A DNA stretch of 64,000 nucleotides, taken from Spirochaetia bacterium. GTDB taxonomy: Bacteria > Spirochaetota > Spirochaetia > WTKD01 > G963693115. Positions 18,000 through 27,803 of the stretch are shown piece after piece. Location of the stretch: contig OY843750.1 in assembly GCA_963693115.1 (NCBI GenBank), positions 374,951 through 438,950 on the forward strand. The letters are read 5' to 3'. Positions within the stretch are counted from its first letter, which is position 1; the number at the start of each line of letters is the position of its first letter. The notes beneath the pieces were generated by a model. The model was not told the DNA's origin. It did not search any database and saw only the letters and a list, made by a program, of their open reading frames with translations. A program made the position numbers and the translations under genes.

Positions 18000-20765
18000 C
18001 TAACCACTAGTAATGTCCGTATACCACTGGGGTGGGATAGTAGTACATTCGCTATGATTTGAGCCAGTACCTGCGAACATCAAACTAAGAGCAACAACGA
18101 CACTACCGTCTTGTTCGTTTTTCTTAAGTCTGTCTCTCCAGCTACTGAGATCCTGACAAAAATCGCTTGCCAAGTAGAACATAAGTCCCATTTTTTCTAC
18201 CTTGCTCACATCCCAATTGTTGAGGGGCTGGTTGAATGCTGTCGCACCATTGAACATTTCGGCCATACTGGTCACATTGCTCACATCCCAGCTGTTGAGG
18301 GATTGATTGAATGCTGTCGCATCAGCGAACATTCTCCACATACTTTCCACCTTGCTCACATCCCAACTGTTGAGGGGCTGGTTGAATGCTGTCGCACCAT
18401 TGAACATAAATGTCATACTTTCCACCTTGCTCACATCCCAACTGTTGAGGGGCTGGTCGAATACTGTCGCACCATTGAACATTTCGAACATACTTTCCAC
18501 ACTGCTCACGTCCCAACTGTTGAGGGGTTGATTGAATGCTGTCGCACCAGAGAACATTCTCCACATATTGTCCACCTTGCTCACATCCCAGCTGTTGAGG
18601 GGCTGGTTGAATGCTGTCGCATCAGCGAACATATATTCCATATCGGTCACCTTACTTGTATCCCATTGACTAATAGCTCCGTCAAAAGTAGTTTTATCTT
18701 TAAATAACTCGGACATACTGGTGACATTACAGGTCACTAGGTAATTAAGGTCAGGTGATGGGGTGCCTACGGTTATCTCGGCGTCAACTTTTGCTTTCAG
18801 TTCTGTTCGATCCTTCATCACACTTACATGAGCGGTGTGGTCAAAACACACCCTCGTCCCATCTGCTTTCTTCCAGTTGGGCACCTTTGTCACCTTGCTT
18901 GCTCCAACAAACATAGACGCTGTATTTACCGTCAATTGTACATGTTCACCCCATGCGGTGAGGTCTTGCTCAAATGCTTCTGCATCCTTAAACATGTCCC
19001 TCATAGTGGTTACCGCTTCTGCATTCCAGCTACTGATGTCTTGGTTAAATGCTTTTGCTCCCTCAAACATGGAACTCATTGTAGTTACCTTACTCACATC
19101 CCAACTGTTGAGGGGCTGTTTGAATGCTGTCGCATTAGCGAACATTTCCCACATATTTTCCACGCTACTCACGTCCCAACTGTTGAGGGGCTGGTTGAAT
19201 GCTGTCGCACCAGAGAACATAAATGCCATATCAGTCACCTTACTTGTATCCCATTGGCTAATAGCTCCATCAAAAGTAGTTTTATCTTTAAATAAATTGA
19301 TCATACTGGTGACATTACAGGTCTCTAAGTAATTGAAATTGGGCGATGGGGTACTTGTCGTTATCGAGTCGTCAACTTTTGCTTTCAGCTCGTTTCCGTC
19401 AGCCATCACGTCTGCATGAGCACTGGGAGCAAAACACACTCCCGCTTCTTTCCAATCGGGTAGGGTAGTCACCTTGCTTGCTCCAGCAAACATAGACACT
19501 GTATTTACCGTAGATTGTACATGTTCTGCCCATGCGGTGAGGTCTTTCTCAAATGCTTCTGCACCTTCAAACATGCTTTCCATAGTAGTCACCGCTTCTA
19601 CATTCCAGCTACTTATGTCTTGGTTGAATGCCTCTGCATCATAAAACATTGCACTCATATCCTCTACATTGCTCACATTCCAATCACCGATAAGTTGATT
19701 AAATGCAGTTGCACCAGTAAACATAGCTGTCATATCCTTTACATTGCTCACATTCCAATCACCGATAGGTCTGTCAAATACCTTATTATTAGCAAACATA
19801 CCGCCCATATCCTGAACACTATCAATTTTCCAAACACCAATAGGCTGATCAAATGCTTCTGTATTCCTAAACATGGTACGCATATTTATCACCTTGCTCA
19901 CATTCCAACCACTAATGTTATTATTAAATGCCTTCGCTCCATCAAACATTTCCTTCATGTTTTCCACATTACTCACATCCCATTGGCTAATATCTCCGTT
20001 AAACGTAGTTTTGTCCTTAAACAATTCACTCATATCGGTGACATTACAGGTTTCTAAGTAATTGAGGTCGTCAGCTGCATCTGCGTCTATGTCAGCATCA
20101 ATTTTTATCTTAAGTTCGGCTTTGTCATTCATCACGTCTGCATGAGCGCTGGGGGCAAAACATACTCCCGCTTCTTTCCAGTTGGGTATGGCAGTCACCT
20201 TGCTCGCTCCAACAAACATGGATGCTGTATTTACCGTCGATGGTACACGCTCTCCCCATGCGGTGAGATCTTGCTCAAATGCCTCAGCACCCTCAAACAT
20301 GCTCTCCATAGTAGTTACCGCTCCTACATCCCAACCACTGATGTCTTGGTTAAATGCCTTTGCTCCCTTAAACATGGCACTCATAGTAGTTACCTTGCTC
20401 ACGTTCCAGCAGTGTATTACCCCATTAAAGGTCGCTCCTTCTTCAGTTTCAAACAAATTCGACACATCGGTGATACCAGAAGTATCGATGTAATTAAGGT
20501 TGACTTCAGCCCCTTGTTCTTTAATGTCTCTTTGTATGAGTTGCTTTAGTTCTGTTTCATCTTCTGGCGTGTGCTGTTTACTTGTATCTATGGTGTTACA
20601 ATCATCACCTGCATTGTAATAGGTAACGGTACGAGGCTTAGGCTTCTTATCATCGCCAGCAGAATCACCGGACTCTGTCTCACACGATACTACTACTCCT
20701 GTTAGTGCAAGACCCGATAGGCTTATGTAAAACAATGCTATTAAATGTTTTATGTGTATATTCAT
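18000..20765 (-). CDS. DUF285/BspA-like leucine-rich-repeat surface lipoprotein B (4 modules)
   Basis: Lipobox GVVVS-C; same repeat type; paralog of 15314-17803. Confidence 0.92.
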   Translation of the reverse strand: MNIHIKHLIALFYISLSGLALTGVVVSCETESGDSAGDDKKPKPRTVTYYNAGDDCNTIDTSKQHTPEDETELKQLIQRDIKEQGAEVNLNYIDTSGITDVSNLFETEEGATFNGVIHCWNVSKVTTMSAMFKGAKAFNQDISGWDVGAVTTMESMFEGAEAFEQDLTAWGERVPSTVNTASMFVGASKVTAIPNWKEAGVCFAPSAHADVMNDKAELKIKIDADIDADAADDLNYLETCNVTDMSELFKDKTTFNGDISQWDVSNVENMKEMFDGAKAFNNNISGWNVSKVINMRTMFRNTEAFDQPIGVWKIDSVQDMGGMFANNKVFDRPIGDWNVSNVKDMTAMFTGATAFNQLIGDWNVSNVEDMSAMFYDAEAFNQDISSWNVEAVTTMESMFEGAEAFEKDLTAWAEHVQSTVNTVSMFAGASKVTTLPDWKEAGVCFAPSAHADVMADGNELKAKVDDSITTSTPSPNFNYLETCNVTSMINLFKDKTTFDGAISQWDTSKVTDMAFMFSGATAFNQPLNSWDVSSVENMWEMFANATAFKQPLNSWDVSKVTTMSSMFEGAKAFNQDISSWNAEAVTTMRDMFKDAEAFEQDLTAWGEHVQLTVNTASMFVGASKVTKVPNWKKADGTRVCFDHTAHVSVMKDRTELKAKVDAEITVGTPSPDLNYLVTCNVTSMSELFKDKTTFDGAISQWDTSKVTDMEYMFADATAFNQPLNSWDVSKVDNMWRMFSGATAFNQPLNSWDVSSVESMFEMFNGATVFDQPLNSWDVSKVESMTFMFNGATAFNQPLNSWDVSKVESMWRMFADATAFNQSLNSWDVSNVTSMAEMFNGATAFNQPLNNWDVSKVEKMGLMFYLASDFCQDLSSWRDRLKKNEQDGSVVVALSLMFAGTGSNHSECTTIPPQWYTDITSG
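18190..18640 (-). repeat. About six tandem 75-bp units (FNQPLNSWDVS repeats) in the last module of lipoprotein B
   Basis: Recurrent tcacatcccaactgttgaggggctggttgaatgctgtcgca at 75-nt period. Confidence 0.85.
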
Positions 20766-20895
20766 ATATTTTTCTCCAAGGTACTAACTGTATTTAAGTA
20801 TGCTTACGCACTTTTTTATGCTATGCATTCTATGAAAATTACTTATAGTGTAACACAATACTGATAGTTAATACACAAAAAAATTGTATTGATTG

Positions 20896-20940
20896 TTGCT
20901 AATGGTGTATAGCTTATTGTTCGTTGCTTGGGACTTATAT
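20896..20940. promoter_or_regulatory. Conserved upstream element of DUF285 gene B (copy 2)
   Basis: Matches 17916-17949 nearly exactly. Confidence 0.5.
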
Positions 20941-21197
20941 ACGTTGTTGTACTAAAATTGGTCTACGTTGTATGAAACAGCTAGATCTACCCATATATCT
21001 ATTTGTCTTTAGTGCTTGGCTGAATTATCATGTTGATGGCAAGATGCCGTCGCTATTCTATTTCTCGCCTATTTCTCGCTACTATGAGTCTATGTTTCAC
21101 TTAATGTTTATATTTGTACACTATTGTTCATACGTACTATATGTTTATCACATATATGGTACAATAAAGTCAAACTGATAGTATAGAGGGACCAGTC

Positions 21198-22463
21198 ATG
21201 TGTAAACACATAGCCCAAAAAAAACTAACCATAGCCTTAGCTCTGGAAATTTTTCACCCAGAAATAAACGGTGTTGTTACCTCATCAATTAACATGCTCT
21301 CAAACCTCAAAAAAAGAGGTCATAAGCCCGTACTATTTGCGCCGATGGTAACAAAGAATTCGCCTAAAGAGATACACGACATACCTGTGCACTATCTCCC
21401 AAGCCTACCTACCTACGTATATCCTGGCCTACACATGGTACGAGCACGCACATCTCAGATGCGACGCCTATTCAACTACTATCGTTTTGATATAGCACAC
21501 CTTACTGCCCCATGGCGTGTCAATAGAGCAATCAGAAAAAATGCAGAAATACACAATATACCCATAGTTCATACCTATCATACTAACCTACATCATCCGA
21601 GCTATATCAACTACCTCTTTCCCTTTGTAAACAGAAAAGGAACTACTCGCATGTCCGAAGTATTTTGGAGATCTATACGCCCCTATATAAACCCATGCGC
21701 CTATCTCACTTCTCCCTCTCACCTACTCTGTGACGAGCTTTCGCGTCATTTTCCTCGAAAAAACATATACTACATTCCGAACGGTGTTGCTGTAGAAGAT
21801 TTTTCGAGTCCCATTGATGAAGAGCTTTTTAAAACTTTACTTTCTCGCCATATCCCCTCAGCAAAAACAAAACCATATACCCCTTTCTACTTTTTGTTTG
21901 TAGGAAGACTCGGCTTTGAAAAGTCAGTAGATATATTAATCAGAGGATTTATACATGCATTTAGGCACGCAAAAACACATGGTATTACATTTGACTATCA
22001 CCTTGTGCTCATAGGAGATGGTCCTGCCCGAGCAAAGCTTGAAGAAATTGTACACGAAGAAACCATACAATCACACGTGCATTTTTTTGGAAAGCTGGAT
22101 CACGACTCTTTAATCAAGGGAGGGATCATCACCCGTGCCCGTGCATTTGCAACAGCCTCTTTGACCGAAGTGCAATCTATGACAGTAATCGAAGCAATTT
22201 GTTCAGAAACACCACTGATAGCAGCAGATCATCCCTCTATGACCAATCTTGCGGCAGATGCTGCGAGATATTTTATTCCGGACAATATCCAAGATCTCGC
22301 AAAGGCATTTTTAGCTTTGGCACAAGACGATGCATATTACACCAGTCTAAAAAATGCCACACGATCTCTTAAAGAGAATTTTAATGGCGAAACTGTTGCA
22401 CTGCAACACGAAGCATTATACTACCAAGCCCTAGAAACAAAAAAAAGGGGAATTATCCCTTAA
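21198..22463 (+). CDS. GT4 family glycosyltransferase (probable glycolipid / diacylglycerol glycosyltransferase)
   Basis: EIFHPEINGVVTS, HTYHT, IPNGV, FVGRLGFEKS, LIGDGP, TASLTEVQSMTVIEA. Confidence 0.88.
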   Translation: MCKHIAQKKLTIALALEIFHPEINGVVTSSINMLSNLKKRGHKPVLFAPMVTKNSPKEIHDIPVHYLPSLPTYVYPGLHMVRARTSQMRRLFNYYRFDIAHLTAPWRVNRAIRKNAEIHNIPIVHTYHTNLHHPSYINYLFPFVNRKGTTRMSEVFWRSIRPYINPCAYLTSPSHLLCDELSRHFPRKNIYYIPNGVAVEDFSSPIDEELFKTLLSRHIPSAKTKPYTPFYFLFVGRLGFEKSVDILIRGFIHAFRHAKTHGITFDYHLVLIGDGPARAKLEEIVHEETIQSHVHFFGKLDHDSLIKGGIITRARAFATASLTEVQSMTVIEAICSETPLIAADHPSMTNLAADAARYFIPDNIQDLAKAFLALAQDDAYYTSLKNATRSLKENFNGETVALQHEALYYQALETKKRGIIP

Positions 22464-22517
22464 CTTGACAAGATATAGCACGCAAGAAGTGCTCATCACA
22501 ATAGTGCCGATCAATAA

Positions 22518-23072
22518 CTATGCCCTGAGCAGTGATCTTGTCCCACGATAATACTGTAATGCGGAAAGAACAGAAAGTGCCGTTGCGCTATATAAAAGGA
22601 TATCGCTGATAAGAAACATACTGTGCACGGGTACAATGCCCAAAGGAATAACATCAAATACTAATATCACCCCTATACCCAAGGCATAAAAAAACGTTTT
22701 TAGCTTTCCAAGGGATCCCGCCGCAAGCACGTATTTACGTGACTGCAATAAGGATCGCAAAAACAACATCCATACTTCGCGAAAGACAAATATAGCCACG
22801 ATTACTGATGCAATCTTTCCTTTTTCACGCAAGGCAAAGAGACATAAAAAATGCGCTACAATGTCACAGCACGGATCAAGCAACTTGCCTATATCTGATA
22901 CTGACGCAAGCTTGCGCGCAAGATAACCATCAAAAAAATCACTTGCTTCAATATATACAAACAAAAACAGAAGTATCCAAGAAATATCAAACTTGGCATA
23001 GAGAGAAAGGAGATAAAATCCTATTGCTACTACAACCCGAGACAAGGATAACATATGTGGAATGTGTTTCAC
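22518..23072 (-). CDS. pgsA: CDP-alcohol phosphatidyltransferase (PgsA-like)
   Basis: SDFFDGYLARK...GKLLDPCCD motif; GKLKT. Confidence 0.9.
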   Translation of the reverse strand: MKHIPHMLSLSRVVVAIGFYLLSLYAKFDISWILLFLFVYIEASDFFDGYLARKLASVSDIGKLLDPCCDIVAHFLCLFALREKGKIASVIVAIFVFREVWMLFLRSLLQSRKYVLAAGSLGKLKTFFYALGIGVILVFDVIPLGIVPVHSMFLISDILLYSATALSVLSALQYYRGTRSLLRA

Positions 23073-23150
23073 TTTTGCGTAGCACTCCCTTGTTCCACAA
23101 GTAGTATTATGAGCAATGTTATGGACATTCTCATACGAGAAACACGTAAT

Positions 23151-24785
23151 TTAATGGACATACCTATTCTTGAGATACTCTACAAACGCTCTCACATCTA
23201 AGTGTAATAACTCTTTTGGCAAAAGACACGCTCCAAATCGATGAATGCGTTGCTTCATATAGTCAAGGGCTGGTCGAATATCACCCCGTCTTATCTCTTT
23301 GTCAAAATTAATACCTTGCCCTGAGTATTCATCTACGAGCGTCGCTGCATATATACTCCCAAGTACATAGGTAGGAAAATAGCCATATATGCCATGTGCC
23401 CAATGTACATCCTGCAACACGCCCTGCGAGTCATCTACAGGAACAAAACCCAAAAGCTCTTTGGTCGTGTCGTTCCATGCGTCACGAATTTCGTCAACCT
23501 CAAGTGTCTTGTCTATAAGCTTATGTTCTAGCTCAAAACGCAGTAGTATGTGAAATACGTAGCTTAGCTCGTCTGACTCAATGCGAATGGGATGCTTATT
23601 AACTACCCTAAGCGTTTTTACAAATGTCTCAACATCATAGCGAGAAAATTCTGGCATATCTTTACATAAAATGGGATACCAGTATTCCCAATATTCGCGC
23701 GATCTCCCTATAATATTTTCTACATAGCGAGACTGCGACTCGTGTATTCCAAGGCTTACTCCCTCACTACAACACGTGTCGCGTAGCAAGGGTGATACCC
23801 CTAGTTCGTACATGGCGTGCCCTAGTTCGTGTAAGGTTGATGAAATTGCACTCGCCGGATTATCCTGGTGTATACTTGTCGTGATACGTGAGTCCATATA
23901 TCCCACAGTGGTAGAGAAGGGATGCGCTGATTGATCAAGCCTTCCTCGCTCATGATTATACCCTGCTGCCTCTAGTATGCGTCTCAAAAATAGGGTTTGC
24001 GCTTTTTCGCTGGCATGTACAGCAAGGGTACTTGTATGTTCTTCGATATTTTTGTAGAGTGGGAGAAGTTGGTCTTTAAGTTCTTTAAATAGTATTTTTA
24101 CCTCATGTGTTTTTAATTCGGGCTCAAATTCGTTAAGAAGGGCGTCGTAAGGACTTTCTTCATACCCCACACAATCCGCATACTGTCTTCTCAGATCAAC
24201 AAGCGTTTTGAGCGAGTCTTTGAACATAGTAAATTTTTTTTGTTTTCTCGCTTCTATCCATATCATAAGCCCTCTTGATCGTGCTCGCTCTGTTTCGGCA
24301 ATAAGGGCAGGAGGTACACTTGCTGCGATTTTCCACCCTCTATAAAGCGCTCTCACCCAACAACGAATTATAAGTGGCATGTCGCTTGACCCAAGGGGAT
24401 TATCATCGGATACTTCTAGTTGTGCTAAGTGTTCTGCCACTCGCCCATCGGTTTTGCTTGCATGTTCTAACTGAGCAATGAGTGCGAGTTGTTCTGAACG
24501 ACTCTCAGTTCCTTTTTTGGGCATCATAGTCTCTTGATCCCAAGATAAGAGCGCAGAAATATGCGCATACCGTTGCGTGGTTGCATCAATATCAAGCAAT
24601 GTCTCAATCGCCTTGAGCTTTTTTTCGGAGAGCCCCTGCTTTGTTGCTATTGCCTTAAGCCCAGGTATAGTTGTTACCTCTCCATTATTTTTTGTATGTT
24701 CATTAAAAGTATTGCCAAGCGAATCACCAGAAGAATAACGAGAAAAAAAATCAGCTAGCTGCTTGTACATACTATGCATTGTCAA
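23151..24785 (-). CDS. Carboxypeptidase M32 (Taq family)
   Basis: LLSWDQETMMP, HPFST, HELGH (HExxH), HESQSR, LQDVHW, GYFPTY. Confidence 0.95.
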   Translation of the reverse strand: MTMHSMYKQLADFFSRYSSGDSLGNTFNEHTKNNGEVTTIPGLKAIATKQGLSEKKLKAIETLLDIDATTQRYAHISALLSWDQETMMPKKGTESRSEQLALIAQLEHASKTDGRVAEHLAQLEVSDDNPLGSSDMPLIIRCWVRALYRGWKIAASVPPALIAETERARSRGLMIWIEARKQKKFTMFKDSLKTLVDLRRQYADCVGYEESPYDALLNEFEPELKTHEVKILFKELKDQLLPLYKNIEEHTSTLAVHASEKAQTLFLRRILEAAGYNHERGRLDQSAHPFSTTVGYMDSRITTSIHQDNPASAISSTLHELGHAMYELGVSPLLRDTCCSEGVSLGIHESQSRYVENIIGRSREYWEYWYPILCKDMPEFSRYDVETFVKTLRVVNKHPIRIESDELSYVFHILLRFELEHKLIDKTLEVDEIRDAWNDTTKELLGFVPVDDSQGVLQDVHWAHGIYGYFPTYVLGSIYAATLVDEYSGQGINFDKEIRRGDIRPALDYMKQRIHRFGACLLPKELLHLDVRAFVEYLKNRYVH

Positions 24786-26592
24786 ACCCCCACATTGTGT
24801 CTTCGTTATTATTACGCCTACGACAAGTCTGAACGATGGTCGTTACAAAAGTCTCAAACGGTATTGCGGATACCTGGCGTCCGCCACGCGTTCGTATCGA
24901 CACTGTCCTTGATTTTTTTTCATCATCTCCTAGTACGAGCATCAAAGGAATCTGTTTTTTTTGGGCAGTTCGTATACGAGCACCTACTCGTTCATCTGAC
25001 GACAACAAGGATACACGTAGCCCTTTTTCTTCTAAATGATTACGATATTCTGTTGCGAGTTCTTGGTGATCCGATGCAAGGGGAAGGAGAGCTATTTGAA
25101 TCGGAGCAAGCCATAAAGGAAACTTACCCGCATAATGCTCAATGAGCACCCCAAAAAACCGTTCTATTGAGCCGAGCAAGGCTCGATGTATCATGTAAGG
25201 GCGTTTTTTTACCCCATCGCTATCTACAAAGTGCATGTCAAAGCGCTCGGGTAAATTAAAGTCAAACTGTATCGTACTCATTTGCCATTCTCTCCCAATC
25301 GAATCCTTTATCTTTAGATCTATTTTAGGTCCATAAAATGCACCACCTCCCTCATCAATGACCAGTGGTACCTCGCACTCCTGTGCTGCTTTTTTTAAGG
25401 CGATGGTTGCTTGCTCCCAGTCTTCTTCTTTTCCTACGGCCTTCGGTGGCTTGGTAGCAAGATAAGCCTGTATATCATTAAATCCAAAGTCTTTCCACAT
25501 AGACAGGCTAAATCGTAACACTCGCTCTATTTCTGATGCCATTTGTGCAGGAGTACAAAAAAGATGTGCATCATCCTGAGTAAACCCCCTCACCCGCAAC
25601 AAGCCATGAAGCACCCCACTTCGTTCATAACGATACACAGTTCCCAGTTCTCCCCAACGCAGAGGAAGATCACGATACGATCGAAGCTTGTTTTTATAAA
25701 TCATAATATGGAAAGGACAATTCATTGGCTTAGCGTAGTAATCCGTGGCATCCATTTCCATAGGAGGAAACATGTTTTCCTTGTAGAATTCGAGGTGTCC
25801 ACTTTTTTCCCAAAGCCATTTTTTTCCTATATGTGGTGTATACACCAGCTCATATCCACTTGCATAGTGTTGTGTCCGCCAATAATCTTCTACTATGGTT
25901 CTAAGACGTGCCCCGAGTGGATGCCAGTATATCAGCCCTGCACCTGCTTCTTCATGTATACTAAACAAGTCGAGTTCGGCCCCTATTTTACGATGATCAC
26001 GCTTTTTTATTTCCTTGAGCCACTCAAGATGACGCACAAGGTCTTTTCGCGTAGCCCACGCAGTCGCATAAATACGCTGGAGCATGGGTTTGTTTTCATC
26101 CCCTTTCCAGTAGGCGCCCGCAACAGACAGCAACGCAAAGCCCTTGGGATCTATGTATCCCGTATGTGGTACATGCGGTCCCTTGCAGAGATCTACAAAG
26201 CCATCGACTGTATACGTGCTAATTGTTCCCTGGATATTCTCAATGAGTTCTTTTTTAAACTGCTGCTTAGAAAAGATAGTCAAGGCCTGTTCGCGTTCGT
26301 GTGTCTCGTATATGAGTGTATGAGTGCCTTTCTTTATTATGTTTTTCATACTTTCTTCTATGCGTGCAAGATCATCCTGAGTAAGCGGGCGAGAAAGCAG
26401 AAAATCATAGTAAAACCCATTTTTTATGGGCGGACCAATTGCACATTGTGCATCAGGAAAGTGCTCAAGCACTGCTCGTGCCATGACGTGTGCAAGCGTA
26501 TGGCGTATTCGATAGAGCTTGTTATCTTCCGAAAGAGCTTCGTATTCTTTAGGCGCAAGCGGTGGGTGGGTGTCAGTAGTATGCGTATTCAT
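24772..26592 (-). CDS. thrS: Threonine--tRNA ligase
   Basis: DLCKGPH, RDHRKIG, KPMNCP, LRVRGFTQDDAH, FYGPKID, HRALLGSIERF. Confidence 0.98.
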   Translation of the reverse strand: MNTHTTDTHPPLAPKEYEALSEDNKLYRIRHTLAHVMARAVLEHFPDAQCAIGPPIKNGFYYDFLLSRPLTQDDLARIEESMKNIIKKGTHTLIYETHEREQALTIFSKQQFKKELIENIQGTISTYTVDGFVDLCKGPHVPHTGYIDPKGFALLSVAGAYWKGDENKPMLQRIYATAWATRKDLVRHLEWLKEIKKRDHRKIGAELDLFSIHEEAGAGLIYWHPLGARLRTIVEDYWRTQHYASGYELVYTPHIGKKWLWEKSGHLEFYKENMFPPMEMDATDYYAKPMNCPFHIMIYKNKLRSYRDLPLRWGELGTVYRYERSGVLHGLLRVRGFTQDDAHLFCTPAQMASEIERVLRFSLSMWKDFGFNDIQAYLATKPPKAVGKEEDWEQATIALKKAAQECEVPLVIDEGGGAFYGPKIDLKIKDSIGREWQMSTIQFDFNLPERFDMHFVDSDGVKKRPYMIHRALLGSIERFFGVLIEHYAGKFPLWLAPIQIALLPLASDHQELATEYRNHLEEKGLRVSLLSSDERVGARIRTAQKKQIPLMLVLGDDEKKSRTVSIRTRGGRQVSAIPFETFVTTIVQTCRRRNNNEDTMWGFDNA

Positions 26593-26601
26593 TGCAGTGG
26601 G

Positions 26602-27726
26602 TTACCAAGAAAAAAAACTGGTACTATTACTATTGTAGTCATTGCCTCCATGTAAAAACCCCCCATGTAGAAACAAAGAGCCTTCGTTTTTTTGCATTGT
26701 CCTTTTTCCCTTGACTTCTTTTTTTGATTGTTCGTGTATAAGCGTTCGTTGTAAGACATACAAAAACATGAGAAGATATGTCTTGGTGAGTTCGCTATCT
26801 GAATGCTCTCTTATATTGAGATCAATGTGTGTGGATGCTATGAGCAGAGCACGCAGACTTTCGACAGAATACATACGCGAAAATCGTATATAGCGCTCTC
26901 GAGCACGTTCACTCATGATCTTAAATCGAGAAAATAACTCATCTTGTGAACCTCGAATATCGCCTCTGTGGTGCAGTGCGACATGGAGCCCTACCTGAAG
27001 CTGATATCTGAGTCCGGCAATAATCAACACAGGCTGAACCCCCATATGATATTGATCGCTAATGATCCTATAACAGCGATCAAACCTTCTGTCAATCACG
27101 TGTTGCGTAATACTAAATATGTTCTCGGCATGAATGCCTGAAATACAAGCAACCACCTGCGAAAGACTGAGGTATATCTGTCGATCCTCAGCAAAAAAAT
27201 GGCAAAGATTCCTAACAATTTCTTCTTGCCCCAATGCCCCATCTTGTGCAAATTCGACAATATAGTCCAACACCTCTTGATCAACTTCTATAAAATGACT
27301 TTTAAAGATTGCTTCAAGCTCTTTTCCTACACTCGGTCGTGGTGGATAAAAAATTTTCTTTTGCCCTCTTGCTACACGACTTAATTGCTCAGAAACCTTG
27401 TATTCATCGGTGACACATAGCACACTGACACTAGGGTCAACGTGTGCAAGGGCCTTAAGTAAGGGCTGCGCCTGTGGTCCTCTAATGCGCTCCGCTTGAA
27501 ACAAGATAATGATAGTCTGTTCTGTAAAGAGCGATGGGGTTGTAATTGCACGCGCTACGTTTATAATATCGTCATCTGCTAGATAGTATTTTAAAAGTTC
27601 AAGATGGGGGCTTTTTGACTGTTTTTCTGCATGTTTGGTTTCGGGATATGCGTTTTTAATATATTGATCAATATATGTGTCCTTCTCATGAGTGGCAGGA
27701 CCAAGAAGTATATGTGTATTTGTCAT
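26602..27726 (-). CDS. holA: DNA polymerase III delta subunit
   Basis: LLGP..EK, TPSLF, ENIFSI...; spirochaete HolA-like pattern. Confidence 0.75.
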   Translation of the reverse strand: MTNTHILLGPATHEKDTYIDQYIKNAYPETKHAEKQSKSPHLELLKYYLADDDIINVARAITTPSLFTEQTIIILFQAERIRGPQAQPLLKALAHVDPSVSVLCVTDEYKVSEQLSRVARGQKKIFYPPRPSVGKELEAIFKSHFIEVDQEVLDYIVEFAQDGALGQEEIVRNLCHFFAEDRQIYLSLSQVVACISGIHAENIFSITQHVIDRRFDRCYRIISDQYHMGVQPVLIIAGLRYQLQVGLHVALHHRGDIRGSQDELFSRFKIMSERARERYIRFSRMYSVESLRALLIASTHIDLNIREHSDSELTKTYLLMFLYVLQRTLIHEQSKKEVKGKRTMQKNEGSLFLHGGFLHGGNDYNSNSTSFFSW

Positions 27727-27803
27727 ATCGCTGTCCGTATCATTGGCACATCTATTGGCATATTACGATGGGCATGGATGCATAGAAGACCCTTGCATAT
27801 AGC

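Noticed and set aside
15500-20549. Many plus-strand ORFs (up to 358 aa) antisense to the DUF285 genes
   Set aside because: Shadow frames produced by repeat periodicity; no SD or family motifs.
15314-20765. Diversity-generating retroelement (TR/VR pair) as the explanation for the near-identical blocks
   Set aside because: Differences are mixed transitions (C/T and A/G), not adenine-specific. Both copies are inside ORFs, and no reverse transcriptase is in the window.
25543-26655. 370-aa ORF antisense to thrS
   Set aside because: Fully overlaps a confident essential gene and has no recognisable motif; typical antisense shadow.
27744-27760. Possible sigma54 promoter TGGCAC-N5-TTGG near rpoN/HPr
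   Set aside because: The -12 GC is displaced, and it points on the plus strand into antisense DNA.
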